Assembly: GCA_964450885.1 (NCBI GenBank)
Contig: CAYVFE010000001.1
Coordinates: 65,301 to 129,300, forward strand
DNA length: 64,000 nucleotides
Direction of reading: 5' to 3'
From: an uncultured Gammaproteobacteria bacterium
Lineage (GTDB): Bacteria > Patescibacteriota > Microgenomatia > Levybacterales > GWA1-39-11
The position numbers and the translations under genes were made by a program. Below, one piece after another: positions 20,337 to 29,827 of this stretch. Position 1 is the first letter of the stretch. Each line of letters opens with the position of its first letter. The notes beneath the pieces are model-generated. The model was not told where the DNA came from. It saw only the letters and a program-made list of their open reading frames with translations, and did no database searches.

Positions 20337-22186
20337 ACTTTATACTTTTTACGGATAAGGTCCCTTACAGCAGATCTATTTCCGACGATCTTTCCGTTCT
20401 TAAGTAGCTCATCAGCCAGAAAAAGCCATTTTGTAGCATTTGCTATTGTTGTGGTTTCCGGATTCACATTCTCTTTTGCCTGTCGGCTCATCTCGTGATA
20501 AAGATCGAGATTCGTAAAGAGTTGATAGAGCTTATCTGCGACCTGTTCTGTCTTGCCGACAGGAATCAGAAATCCACTTACTCCATCTATTATCTGCAAA
20601 GGGATTCCTCCTGCCTTATAAGCGACAACCGGCTTTCCTTTCATAAGAGCCTCAGAAACCTTTACCTCAAAGCCCTCTTTGTGAGATAGCTGTAAAACAG
20701 CATGAGACTCACGCACCAAAGCATTTAGTATCTGGTCGACTGATGGAACGCGCATAACCTTAACGTCGGAGGCTATGTCTTTGTAGCTTTCTGAGCGAAG
20801 CAGTTCCATCGTGAGAGTATAGATAGGGATTCCATCAGGATCGTCTATAGAACCGTGACCCACGATCACCAGTTGTGGAATAGTCTTTCCATTTTTCTTA
20901 AGTTTTTCAACCAATATCCTGTACGATTCTATGACATCTGGAATTCCTTTCGAAGGATCGAACCGGGCAACCTGAATGACGTAAGGTCGGGTCTTATCCA
21001 AGGGGGATTGCTGCGTCTCAATAAGCATTTGGTCGAAAAGTTTTAGATAGTAGTCCGAATGACGCGACTTAAGCCGCTTATTTAACCCGTCAAGGGCATC
21101 AGTTGTAGCTGGCATAGTAACTGTCCTTTCAAATGGCACGACTGAGGGAATGAATGCCTCGATAGGGTGGCTTATAAAAAGATCTGCATCTTTTGCATTC
21201 TCCCAGATAAAACTCCACGTTTCATTCTGAGGAGTACCGGGAGTATCTATAAGGTGCGATTCGAGCTGAATATGCGACCTGTAGAGAATTTTAACCTTGG
21301 GATTTACTTTCTTAATATAAGGAATTAACCCTGTTGGCTGAGGATCATCAACAATAACCACGTCGGCATCGATATACACCTTTTCCAAGCGCTGTGCGTT
21401 TTGCTTTATCCATGAGCTATATGTTTCACGGTCAGAATCATTAAGCCTCGTCTCGGGATCAGCAACATTCTGCAAAACATTATGGAATTTTGTTTTTGTC
21501 ACATCGAAAGCTTCTTTTCTGGGATAAAGGACGTGCCAATGTGCATCAACACCAAGTAGATTATACAAACGTATAAGCGCGTGACGCATAATAGCCACGC
21601 CCCCGCCTTGAGGAGTGGCATTGATGAACACGATCTTTTTGCCCGCTAAATTCTTTGCAAGCGTTCTCAACAGTTCATACGCAGGCAAAGGAGTGATATT
21701 GCGATAATCCTCGAGCGTCACAAGCTCTGCAACCTCTACCTCGTTTTTCTTTGTCAAGACAATATTTGCTATCTGGTCTTCACGGAATCTGCCTACGATA
21801 TCCCAGACGCTTTCTTTATGGATAGTACTGGGATCGATAGAATGATTTGAAGGCTTAAAGAAGGGAACGACGTCCTCATTCAACCAAAGATCGGAAATAA
21901 TAGGCTTGAGCCATTTTTCACCCAATATCTCTGCAGCTACAACCTTTACGTTGCTCTCGACAGACCTCTTTTCTATCATGTTAACGAGGATATTTTTTAC
22001 ATTCCTTTCTCTTTTTATATCTGTGTGAAATATGATCTTTTTATCACCGAGCTCGGAGATGTTCAAAGTAGAGTGGTTGACCCATATCTTGAGGTATGAG
22101 GATATCGGAATATCTAATTTTTCGATCCTGCGTCTGGTTGATAAAAAGCGTTGAGCAAAATTTGGGACTGAAGAGAAAGAAACCAT
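20333..22186 (-). CDS. GT4 glycosyltransferase, trehalose synthase/phosphorylase (TreT-like, fungal-type N-terminal extension)
   Basis: NATPQGGGVA, DDPQ, YRSHI, QVARFDPSKG, EGFEVKVSEAL, GGIPLQI. Confidence 0.85.
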   Translation of the reverse strand: MVSFSSVPNFAQRFLSTRRRIEKLDIPISSYLKIWVNHSTLNISELGDKKIIFHTDIKRERNVKNILVNMIEKRSVESNVKVVAAEILGEKWLKPIISDLWLNEDVVPFFKPSNHSIDPSTIHKESVWDIVGRFREDQIANIVLTKKNEVEVAELVTLEDYRNITPLPAYELLRTLAKNLAGKKIVFINATPQGGGVAIMRHALIRLYNLLGVDAHWHVLYPRKEAFDVTKTKFHNVLQNVADPETRLNDSDRETYSSWIKQNAQRLEKVYIDADVVIVDDPQPTGLIPYIKKVNPKVKILYRSHIQLESHLIDTPGTPQNETWSFIWENAKDADLFISHPIEAFIPSVVPFERTVTMPATTDALDGLNKRLKSRHSDYYLKLFDQMLIETQQSPLDKTRPYVIQVARFDPSKGIPDVIESYRILVEKLKKNGKTIPQLVIVGHGSIDDPDGIPIYTLTMELLRSESYKDIASDVKVMRVPSVDQILNALVRESHAVLQLSHKEGFEVKVSEALMKGKPVVAYKAGGIPLQIIDGVSGFLIPVGKTEQVADKLYQLFTNLDLYHEMSRQAKENVNPETTTIANATKWLFLADELLKNGKIVGNRSAVRDLIRKKYKV

Positions 22187-22340
22187 GCTATGCGATTATT
22201 TTAACCTCCCTTTTCTTAAGCATGCGTACATTGTAGTAAAGAAGATGTATAAATTCAACACTCCATATGAGTAGTTTTGCGACCCTCAAACCAAAGTAAT
22301 AACCATGACCAATTCTTTGTCAGACCTAACTAGTGTTTTA

Positions 22341-22664
22341 CTATTTTCTTTTTCTAACGACCCTTTCCTCTGAACGATATGCAATTATATCTACCACCTC
22401 AACTATCAGATAGCCAATAAACGCGTAGACTATGACCGCAAATATCGCTGGAAAATCAACTATGAATCCGCCCTCAAGTCTTGTGACAGGAAATATTCCT
22501 GCAAAAGGCGCGAGAAGTGAATCTGATGATTCATATATCCACTGCACAAATGGCGTACTGGGATTTGCTCCGAAAAAACGTAACAAAATCCTAAGCCCCA
22601 GCAGAAAACCGATCACAGTAAATACAAAATTTACAAGGAAAAAAATAATACGCGACATTGCCAT
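22341..22664 (-). CDS. YggT family membrane protein
   Basis: LRILLRFFGANP.TPFVQWIY..SD.LLAPF.GIF; SD AAGGAGGTG. Confidence 0.8.
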   Translation of the reverse strand: MAMSRIIFFLVNFVFTVIGFLLGLRILLRFFGANPSTPFVQWIYESSDSLLAPFAGIFPVTRLEGGFIVDFPAIFAVIVYAFIGYLIVEVVDIIAYRSEERVVRKRK

Positions 22665-22757
22665 ATATATTCACCTCCTTCCAATCGCACTATAGTCATT
22701 ATTACCGAAACTGGCTGTAATCTGCAATACAACTTACACTATTATTACAATCTAAAT

Positions 22758-24227
22758 TTAACTGCCGCACTTGATTTGTTTCGTCGACGAAAATGGTGAG
22801 AACTGATCACTTCCTGCATTTAGGTTGGTCAAATTTGCATATGCATAACGGGTATAGTATATAGTTCCGTTTATCATAGATGTATTTACGGCTAAATTTC
22901 CCCCAGATGAATTCTGCGTGGAGTTTGCGACCTGTATTCCGCCGTTTGATGTTCCTATCTGATACCAGTAGGATTTTGCACCCGAGACCCCATCAAAAGT
23001 TATAGTAGCATTCCAGCTCGAACCTGATTCGTTACCACAGGAAACTCCTATAGATCCACTGGGCGCACTCAGCGTCACTCCCGAATTAAGTGTAAATTGC
23101 ACACTAGTAGCAGGGGCTGCAAGCGATTGCATCGACGACGTTGCTACGTCCCTGTCAGAACCGTCACTTTGTCTTTGCTTTAGGACTGCGACCAGGTCGT
23201 ACCATGTCGAATGTGCAGGCTTTCCCCATTGCCACGTTGCACCGTCTACGGGAGTTATATTATCCACTGCCACCTGATAACTTGAAGAGTTGTAGGCTTT
23301 TTGTAGAACTACGATCCTCGAATTTGCCGGTGCAACACCATTAAACTTTATACTTCCCGAAATTACAGCTTTTTGAGGTATAGGGGTAGGCGTTGATGTA
23401 ACCTGGGTTTGCGATGTGTTAGGTGCTGGTGTAGTAGTAGGAAGTGGAGTAGGAGTAAAAGGTGCTATAGCCGTAGAATTTATGATCAAAGTCTCATTGA
23501 CCGCAGGCGCAGTAACCGTAAGAGTCGAGGAAGTGCCCAGTATAGTTGACTGATCTTTTGCAAAAAGGGTGCCGACCACCTCATATGTGACTCCTCCAAT
23601 AGCATTCGCGTAGCTTAAAAACTGTCTCGGCTGCCCTGGCAAATTTTTAGCGATATCCTCAAACTGCGCCTCTCCTAAAGACCTTCCCCTGACTGAAATA
23701 ACCGCACCATCTGGGATGTATCCATTTACAAGAATATTTCCAGAAATGACAGCATTTTGTTGCTGAACAGGCGCCTGAGACTCGATGTTTAGAGTCAGCA
23801 TCTCCCGCCTTGCTGGGACTGTCGCAACCACAGGACTTGAATACGAAACCTCCTGCCCATCTACAACAAGCTTTGCTTGAATCTCGTATGATTCTCCCAC
23901 GATAGCTTCATCGAAATTCCACCTGTCGCCATCATTTGGGACAAGTCCTGTTATAAAATCCTCTGGCTTACTACTGGATCCAGAGATTTTTTGAGAAAGT
24001 GAGATAGTAGCGCCTTCGGGAACTACGCCATTAATATCCAATGTTCCACTAAGCTGCCCCAAGCTTTTTCCAGAAATATTACTATCGGGAAGGGTCACAG
24101 GGTCTTTCTTGCCGAAAATCAAAAAACCTATGGCACTGACAAGAATTATTATCGCGCTAACCAAAAGGACTATGACTATTTTCGTGGGAAACGGCTTGCG
24201 TATATCAGCAGGAGTATTACTGTTCAT
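22758..24227 (-). CDS. Membrane-anchored surface protein with three tandem beta-rich repeats
   Basis: N-terminal TM; three (I/L)SG.(I/L)..NG..P...Y[ED]...PA units; PT-rich linker. Confidence 0.75.
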   Translation of the reverse strand: MNSNTPADIRKPFPTKIVIVLLVSAIIILVSAIGFLIFGKKDPVTLPDSNISGKSLGQLSGTLDINGVVPEGATISLSQKISGSSSKPEDFITGLVPNDGDRWNFDEAIVGESYEIQAKLVVDGQEVSYSSPVVATVPARREMLTLNIESQAPVQQQNAVISGNILVNGYIPDGAVISVRGRSLGEAQFEDIAKNLPGQPRQFLSYANAIGGVTYEVVGTLFAKDQSTILGTSSTLTVTAPAVNETLIINSTAIAPFTPTPLPTTTPAPNTSQTQVTSTPTPIPQKAVISGSIKFNGVAPANSRIVVLQKAYNSSSYQVAVDNITPVDGATWQWGKPAHSTWYDLVAVLKQRQSDGSDRDVATSSMQSLAAPATSVQFTLNSGVTLSAPSGSIGVSCGNESGSSWNATITFDGVSGAKSYWYQIGTSNGGIQVANSTQNSSGGNLAVNTSMINGTIYYTRYAYANLTNLNAGSDQFSPFSSTKQIKCGS

Positions 24228-24278
24228 AAAAGTCCTGCCTAGCTATTTATAGCACACAAATTTCTCCAAAAGCCATTT

Positions 24279-25022
24279 TTATATATAAAAGATAGGTAGT
24301 TTTTTGTTAACGCCAATCTTTGTTCTATTTATCGAAAATGTGACAGCGCCAGCTCCTGTGAACTGTCCCAGGCGGTGAACCAAAGACCTGACGTATCCAC
24401 CGGAGGAACATGTGAGCCCAAACCTTAGAACCTGAAAATCCTGATCCAAATCTAAAAGAAGCTTTTTCCATCCATTTAGAATTTCCTCCTGCCTAAAATC
24501 CCCAGTCACGGTGGCTATTTTTGAAGATACTATTTTCCCCAACCTCCTGCTGCTGATCAAGTCTTGTCCGTTAAGCTCGAGCTTTGATATATTTATTATT
24601 TTTTTTGGAGCAATAACTTTTTTATTTCTTCTTGCCCACCAGTAAAGAGGTTTTCCATCAACTTTTATCGACGAGTATGGGGGATACTCCTGAACTACTT
24701 CCCCCAGGCTATTGGCAACAAATTCGCTTATCTTATCCGTATCGACCTTATCTAAATTACCCAGCTTTGGGATTCCTAGCAGATCATATGTATCCGATTC
24801 TATGCCCAATAACGCCTCAAATTCATATTCCTTATCAAAGTGCTCAAGCTTGCGCCTATCTTTGTTCTCATCGTCAATCAAGATGAGAAGCAATCCCTCC
24901 GCCATCGGATCCAGTCTTCCGGCATAGGAAAGCTTCTTATCTGTAAATTCGGGATACATAGCCTTTAGCTTTTCGACTGCTTGCAGGGGGGTTAAGCCAA
25001 AAGGTTTATGCAGATAAATCAT
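24279..25022 (-). CDS. truB: tRNA pseudouridine synthase, TruB-like (start revised)
   Basis: YAGRLDPMAEGLL, YPPYSSIKVDGKPLY, CSSGGYVRSL. Confidence 0.82.
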   Translation of the reverse strand: MIYLHKPFGLTPLQAVEKLKAMYPEFTDKKLSYAGRLDPMAEGLLLILIDDENKDRRKLEHFDKEYEFEALLGIESDTYDLLGIPKLGNLDKVDTDKISEFVANSLGEVVQEYPPYSSIKVDGKPLYWWARRNKKVIAPKKIINISKLELNGQDLISSRRLGKIVSSKIATVTGDFRQEEILNGWKKLLLDLDQDFQVLRFGLTCSSGGYVRSLVHRLGQFTGAGAVTFSINRTKIGVNKKLPIFYI

Positions 25023-25081
25023 AGGTAGGATTCTACCACAAAGCTTTTGTTTTAGGTCAAATAAGACTATAATACACATAC

Positions 25082-26074
25082 ATGATAAGTGCATTTATTA
25101 CATACCTCGTTAAAAACCAGTTCGTCGCCGGAATACTATTTCTAGCTTTTGCCTGGTTACTTTTTCAAGTAAAAGAAATTATCATCGCGCTTTTCGCCTC
25201 CTATATAATAATGGCAGCCCTAAAACCCGCCGTCATATGGATGCAGTACAAGAATGTTCCCAGGGTAGCTGCAATAACGGTCTCTTATCTTTCTGTGCTT
25301 CTCCTTCTCGTGCTTCTTATCTTCCCGCTTGTTCCTTTTTTTACAGAACAGGTAAATAAGCTGCTTCTTAACTTTCCTACTTTTGTAAACAATGCAGCAC
25401 AGGCTTTCGGACTTGAAATAGACGAAGGAAGCATCTCCCAGGTCTTTCCTGTAGAGGGAGTGGGGCAAAACCTATTCGCTTTTGCCGGTGGCGTGTTCGG
25501 AGGGCTGTTCTCGATTATCGCTGCTTTTGTAATAAGCATCTATATGCTTGTCGAATACACATCGATAAGAGAAGGCCTCTTGGACTTTTTCCCCAAAAAT
25601 AAACGCGCCAAGGTAGGATCCATTGTCGACCAAATAGAGGATAAGCTTGGAGCCTGGTTCAGAGGACAAATAGTCCTGTCTATCTTCATCGGCATAGTCA
25701 CCTGGATCGCACTTACTGCTCTGCAGCTTGGGCAGTATGCGCTACCCCTCGCGGTGCTTGCCGGGATGCTTGAAATCGTGCCCACAGTAGGACCGATCCT
25801 TGCAGCAATTCCAGCTGTCATCATCGGGCTTAGCATCTCTCCTACACTTGCACTAATTCTTGTTCTGGTCTATGTAGGGATACAAATTCTGGAAAACAAT
25901 ATCCTTGTTCCTAGAATCATGCAAAGAGCAGTTGGTCTTAGTCCCATTGTCGTAATCCTGGGAATAACTATCGGGAGTAAATTCTTCGGCATTGCCGGAG
26001 CACTGCTTTCCATCCCTTTTATATCGCTTTTGATAGTCATATATAAGAACGTAAGGGAAGAAAAAGCCGACTAA
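25082..26074 (+). CDS. AI-2E family transporter
   Basis: LGAWFRGQ, LEIVPTVGP, QILENNILVPRIM..AVGLSP. Confidence 0.9.
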   Translation: MISAFITYLVKNQFVAGILFLAFAWLLFQVKEIIIALFASYIIMAALKPAVIWMQYKNVPRVAAITVSYLSVLLLLVLLIFPLVPFFTEQVNKLLLNFPTFVNNAAQAFGLEIDEGSISQVFPVEGVGQNLFAFAGGVFGGLFSIIAAFVISIYMLVEYTSIREGLLDFFPKNKRAKVGSIVDQIEDKLGAWFRGQIVLSIFIGIVTWIALTALQLGQYALPLAVLAGMLEIVPTVGPILAAIPAVIIGLSISPTLALILVLVYVGIQILENNILVPRIMQRAVGLSPIVVILGITIGSKFFGIAGALLSIPFISLLIVIYKNVREEKAD

Positions 26075-26078
26075 CTAC

Positions 26079-26108
26079 TTGACAAAAAGTTATCCACATT
26101 CCTATACT
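26079..26108 (+). promoter_or_regulatory. dnaA promoter with DnaA box in the spacer (autorepression)
   Basis: TTGACA-18-TATACT with perfect TTATCCACA at 26090-26098. Confidence 0.8.
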
Positions 26109-26159
26109 GCATACTACTGCTTATTGTGTTAGTATGGTTATCCTGCCAGAGAATAAATC

Positions 26160-27497
26160 ATGGAAGAATTATGGAAATCTATTCTTGCTGAAATTGAAGT
26201 ACAAGTAAGCAAGCCTCAATATATCACCTTTTTTAAAGGAACTAGTCTTGTTTCTCTTGAAAATTCCATCGCCACGATCTCTTCGCCAACACATATGACG
26301 GCAGACTATATAGAAAAAAGATACTATTCGATCATAAAGCAGTCTCTTGATAAAAAGACCGGTGAAAATATTAGTCTGGTATTTGTAACAAAAAGACAAA
26401 CGACCCCACAAGCAGAGGAGACAGGTCCGCTTTTCACACCTATAAAACGCAGCGCTGCCATAGACAGGCCACTGAGAATCAGAGAGGACTATACCTTCGA
26501 CAACCTAGCAGTCTCCGAGAGCAATCAGCTCGCGTATACCGCAGCATCCGCTGTCGCGCTGGAACCAGGAACAAAATACAATCCACTGTATCTTTACGGA
26601 ACGGTAGGAGTTGGAAAAACCCATCTTATGAATGCCATCGCAAATGATCTTTTCGAAAAAAACCCCAAGGCAAAAATTATCTACATGACAACTGAGGAAT
26701 TCACAAATGATATAGTAGAATCCATCCGCGACAAACAAACCACCCAGATGAGAAAGCGCTTCAGAAACGTCGACCTGTTGCTTCTTGACGATATACAATT
26801 CCTAAGTGGAAAAGAAAAGGTCCAGGAAGAACTCTTTCATACATTTAACACCCTGATAGACAACAAGAAACAGGTCGTCTTTTCATCAGACAGGCCACCT
26901 CACGAAATAAAAAAGATAGAGGCGCGTCTCGCTTCGCGACTCGAAGGAGGACTTAAGATCGATATTCAAGCACCAGATTTTGAACTCAGAACAGCAATAC
27001 TCCTTTTAAAGGCCGAAAAGTATAAGATAAAATTGCCTGTAGAGCTTGCAAAGCGCGCGGCAGAAAAGATAGAGGATGCAAGAGGACTTGAGGGATTTGT
27101 GTTCAAAATATCCGGACTTTTGGAGATATCTGGTGAAGCAGAAGTCACACAGAACCTTATCGACAAGGCAATAGGGCTCAAAAAGGAAGAGAGGAAAAGA
27201 ATCCATCCCGACGACGTGATAAATATAATATGCGATTACTTTGGTATCAAACCCACGCAGCTTAAGGGCAACAAAAGAACGTCAAGTCTCGTACAGGCAC
27301 GCCATATCTGTATGTATTTTCTCAAGGAAGAACTGGGGCTAACCTATGTCGATGTAGGAAATATCCTGGGTGGAAGAGATCACACAACGGTCATGCATGG
27401 TGTGGAAAAGATACGACTTTTTACCCTAGACAAGGATCGGGAACATGGGGAAATCGCGTATATAAAAAAGCAACTAAAGGAGTCTTTTTCACAATGA
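26160..27497 (+). CDS. dnaA: Chromosomal replication initiator DnaA
   Basis: YNPLYLYGTVGVGKTHL, LLLDDIQFL, QEELFHTFN, GGRDHTTVMHG. Confidence 0.97.
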   Translation: MEELWKSILAEIEVQVSKPQYITFFKGTSLVSLENSIATISSPTHMTADYIEKRYYSIIKQSLDKKTGENISLVFVTKRQTTPQAEETGPLFTPIKRSAAIDRPLRIREDYTFDNLAVSESNQLAYTAASAVALEPGTKYNPLYLYGTVGVGKTHLMNAIANDLFEKNPKAKIIYMTTEEFTNDIVESIRDKQTTQMRKRFRNVDLLLLDDIQFLSGKEKVQEELFHTFNTLIDNKKQVVFSSDRPPHEIKKIEARLASRLEGGLKIDIQAPDFELRTAILLLKAEKYKIKLPVELAKRAAEKIEDARGLEGFVFKISGLLEISGEAEVTQNLIDKAIGLKKEERKRIHPDDVINIICDYFGIKPTQLKGNKRTSSLVQARHICMYFLKEELGLTYVDVGNILGGRDHTTVMHGVEKIRLFTLDKDREHGEIAYIKKQLKESFSQ

Positions 27498-27627
27498 AAA
27501 CCGTCACATATCGATATCAACAATCTTTTCACAATTATTTCCACAGCTTTTCAACAGTTTTTCACGCTCACGTTATTGCGTCTATCCACTTGTCCACCTA
27601 TACTACTACTAATACTATTAAATATAT
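27498..27627. other. Replication origin oriC with basal unwinding system
   Basis: dnaA-dnaN intergenic; degenerate DnaA boxes (TTTTCACA, TTTCCACA, CTATCCACT, TTGTCCACC) followed by trio array TACTACTACTAATACTATTA and an AT-rich tail; apparent C-rich to G-rich switch of the + strand here (by eye). Confidence 0.85.
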
Positions 27628-28722
27628 ATGGAAGTAGAGCTATTAACAGAAAACATAGAAAAGTATTTGTCTACTCTTGTAAAGATACTACCAACTAATT
27701 CTCAAGTACCAGTTCTTTCAAATATTCTGCTTGAAGCAAATGATGAAGGGTTTTATATCAAAGCAACGGATCTTGAGATAGGGATAATAATAAAAATTCC
27801 AGCAAAAATAAATAAAAAAGGTGCGCTTACTGTACCTGGTAAGCAGTTTATTGAAGCTGTTACGAATTTGCCCAAAGACAGGATCTTGATGTCTGAGGAT
27901 AAGGAAAAGCTTAGGATATCGATAAGAGAAAGTAAGTTGTCTTTTCAGACGCTTAGCTCTATGGAGTTTCCGGAGCTCATGAAGAAAAAAGGTGAGAAGA
28001 TCATTTCTTTGAAAAAAGAGGTGTTTGATAAGCTTTTTGACCATCTATCCTTCTCGGCGTCAACGGATGACATAAGACCCCATTTAACGGGCGTATACAT
28101 AGTGAAAAACGGGAGGCTGGTTGACATGGTAACGACCGATGGATACAGATTAACGGTAAAGTCCGCAGACAGCGACAATATGTCAAAGATTGAAGAGCCG
28201 ATTATAATATCTATTCAAGTAATAAGTGAGGCTATGGGTATAAAATCTGCGAACATCGATATGTATGTTAATGTGGAAGAGAGCCAAGTAGTATTTGAGG
28301 GTGGAGACATTATATTGATCGGGAGGCTTATTGATGGCAAATTTCCGCCATATGACAAGGTTATGCCTCAGGATACATCTACAAAAGCAACGGTTGATAG
28401 GGAAGAGTTTATTCAGAATGTAAGACTTGCAAGCGTGTTTGCAAAAGATCAGTCAAATGTAGTGGGGATCGAGATAAAAGGATCAGAGTTAAAGCTTAGT
28501 GCAAAAACCTCCGGGGTCGGTGAGGGAGAATTTGTAACGGATTGCGAGAAAGAAGGGGACGATAACACAATCGCTTTCAATATCCGCTATCTTATGGACG
28601 CGTTAAAAAATTTTGAAGGAAAAAAAATAACACTCGGGGTAAATGGCCCAACTCAGCCAGCGCTTCTAACTGACGATAAGAACTCCTTTAAACACGTCAT
28701 AATGCCGATAAAAACTGACTAG
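27628..28722 (+). CDS. dnaN: DNA polymerase III beta clamp
   Basis: PVLSNILLEA, ATDLEIGI, VTTDGYRL, RLIDGKFPPY, HVIMPI; follows dnaA. Confidence 0.95.
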   Translation: MEVELLTENIEKYLSTLVKILPTNSQVPVLSNILLEANDEGFYIKATDLEIGIIIKIPAKINKKGALTVPGKQFIEAVTNLPKDRILMSEDKEKLRISIRESKLSFQTLSSMEFPELMKKKGEKIISLKKEVFDKLFDHLSFSASTDDIRPHLTGVYIVKNGRLVDMVTTDGYRLTVKSADSDNMSKIEEPIIISIQVISEAMGIKSANIDMYVNVEESQVVFEGGDIILIGRLIDGKFPPYDKVMPQDTSTKATVDREEFIQNVRLASVFAKDQSNVVGIEIKGSELKLSAKTSGVGEGEFVTDCEKEGDDNTIAFNIRYLMDALKNFEGKKITLGVNGPTQPALLTDDKNSFKHVIMPIKTD

Positions 28723-29243
28723 GGGTGGGCGTGATTTAACTCTTCAGGGGAAAGAGTTGGAATAGAGGTGACGATTGAATAAGTATATGGTCTTAATAGG
28801 CGCTTTCCAGAAACGGAGCTCGTTGCTTGAAGAAGTGTTATGTATGTTCTTCCGTTTGCCCACAAGGTTTTAGGGATAATAAAAACCTGATTATTGTTGG
28901 ATCCCCTAATAACATTGACTTCTGTAGGGGGTGAAATTTCAATAGTTAGGTCTTCTGGTAGTATTTCGTCATTGAATTGGAGTGTGACTTTTTGAATAGG
29001 AAGAAATGACGCATCCGAGTCTTCTGCTGGAAGCTCTGATACAACAATTAATTCGTTTTCTCCCGGGGTAGTAGAGGGAACGAGTGTTGGTGTCTGAAAG
29101 GGGGTCTGATTTTGAATTGTCGCAGTTCTATTTTGGCGGATATTAATAAGAAAAATAAGCATAAAAATAACACTTACAATAATAAGAGCTGCTATAATTA
29201 ATAAAACCATTGTTTTTCTATCCATAATACTTATCCTACGCAA
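28719..29243 (-). CDS. Membrane-anchored Ig-like protein, last gene of the T4SS operon
   Basis: TM, PT linker, then Ig-like strands (VTLQFN, IIPKTLW...Y.ITL). Confidence 0.6.
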   Translation of the reverse strand: MRRISIMDRKTMVLLIIAALIIVSVIFMLIFLINIRQNRTATIQNQTPFQTPTLVPSTTPGENELIVVSELPAEDSDASFLPIQKVTLQFNDEILPEDLTIEISPPTEVNVIRGSNNNQVFIIPKTLWANGRTYITLLQATSSVSGKRLLRPYTYSIVTSIPTLSPEELNHAHP

Positions 29244-29824
29244 AAATACAACGGTGCTTCAAGTGGAGTTTCTGATCCATTAGAATTAATCCTCCAAAAT
29301 TCTATATGTGTATGGGGACCGGAGCCGTTACTGCAAGGTTCGATACACATATTTACAGCTATATCTCCTGACTGTTTTGTGCCACCTCCACTACCAGGAA
29401 GAGAGTGGTGAAATCTGATCTTATACTGTTCGCCAGTTTCGGGGTTGGTTCCAGCGTATGCAATATATGAAGTACGCGAATCATTCGGTGTTTCGCTCAA
29501 CCAAGCCCATGTGATTACGTCTCCGTATATAGTAGGTAGGTATACGGGGTCACCTTCTGCTCCACCGATATCTAGCGCATAAGCAAGAGATTCATAACAT
29601 CCCCCATATGCAGAGCAGTAGCTTGCGCTCCCATGTGCACATCCACCCCTAGGATGGTTTCTGCTTCCGCAACTAAGAGGGCCACCAGGGACTGGACAGT
29701 CGGACGCGTTGGTTGTAGGATTCCCGACTCTGGTTCTTACTTCGTTACTTTCAGACTGCTGTTGGGCAATGACAATCGAAGGAAATAGCAAAGCAAGCGA
29801 TAGTATTATCAGTATTTTTCTCAT
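29231..29824 (-). CDS. Secreted M23-peptidase-like protein
   Basis: Signal peptide; H...ALDIG, HH and GPHTHIE M23-like zinc motifs; Cys-rich. Confidence 0.6.
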   Translation of the reverse strand: MRKILIILSLALLFPSIVIAQQQSESNEVRTRVGNPTTNASDCPVPGGPLSCGSRNHPRGGCAHGSASYCSAYGGCYESLAYALDIGGAEGDPVYLPTIYGDVITWAWLSETPNDSRTSYIAYAGTNPETGEQYKIRFHHSLPGSGGGTKQSGDIAVNMCIEPCSNGSGPHTHIEFWRINSNGSETPLEAPLYFCVG

Positions 29825-29827
29825 TGT

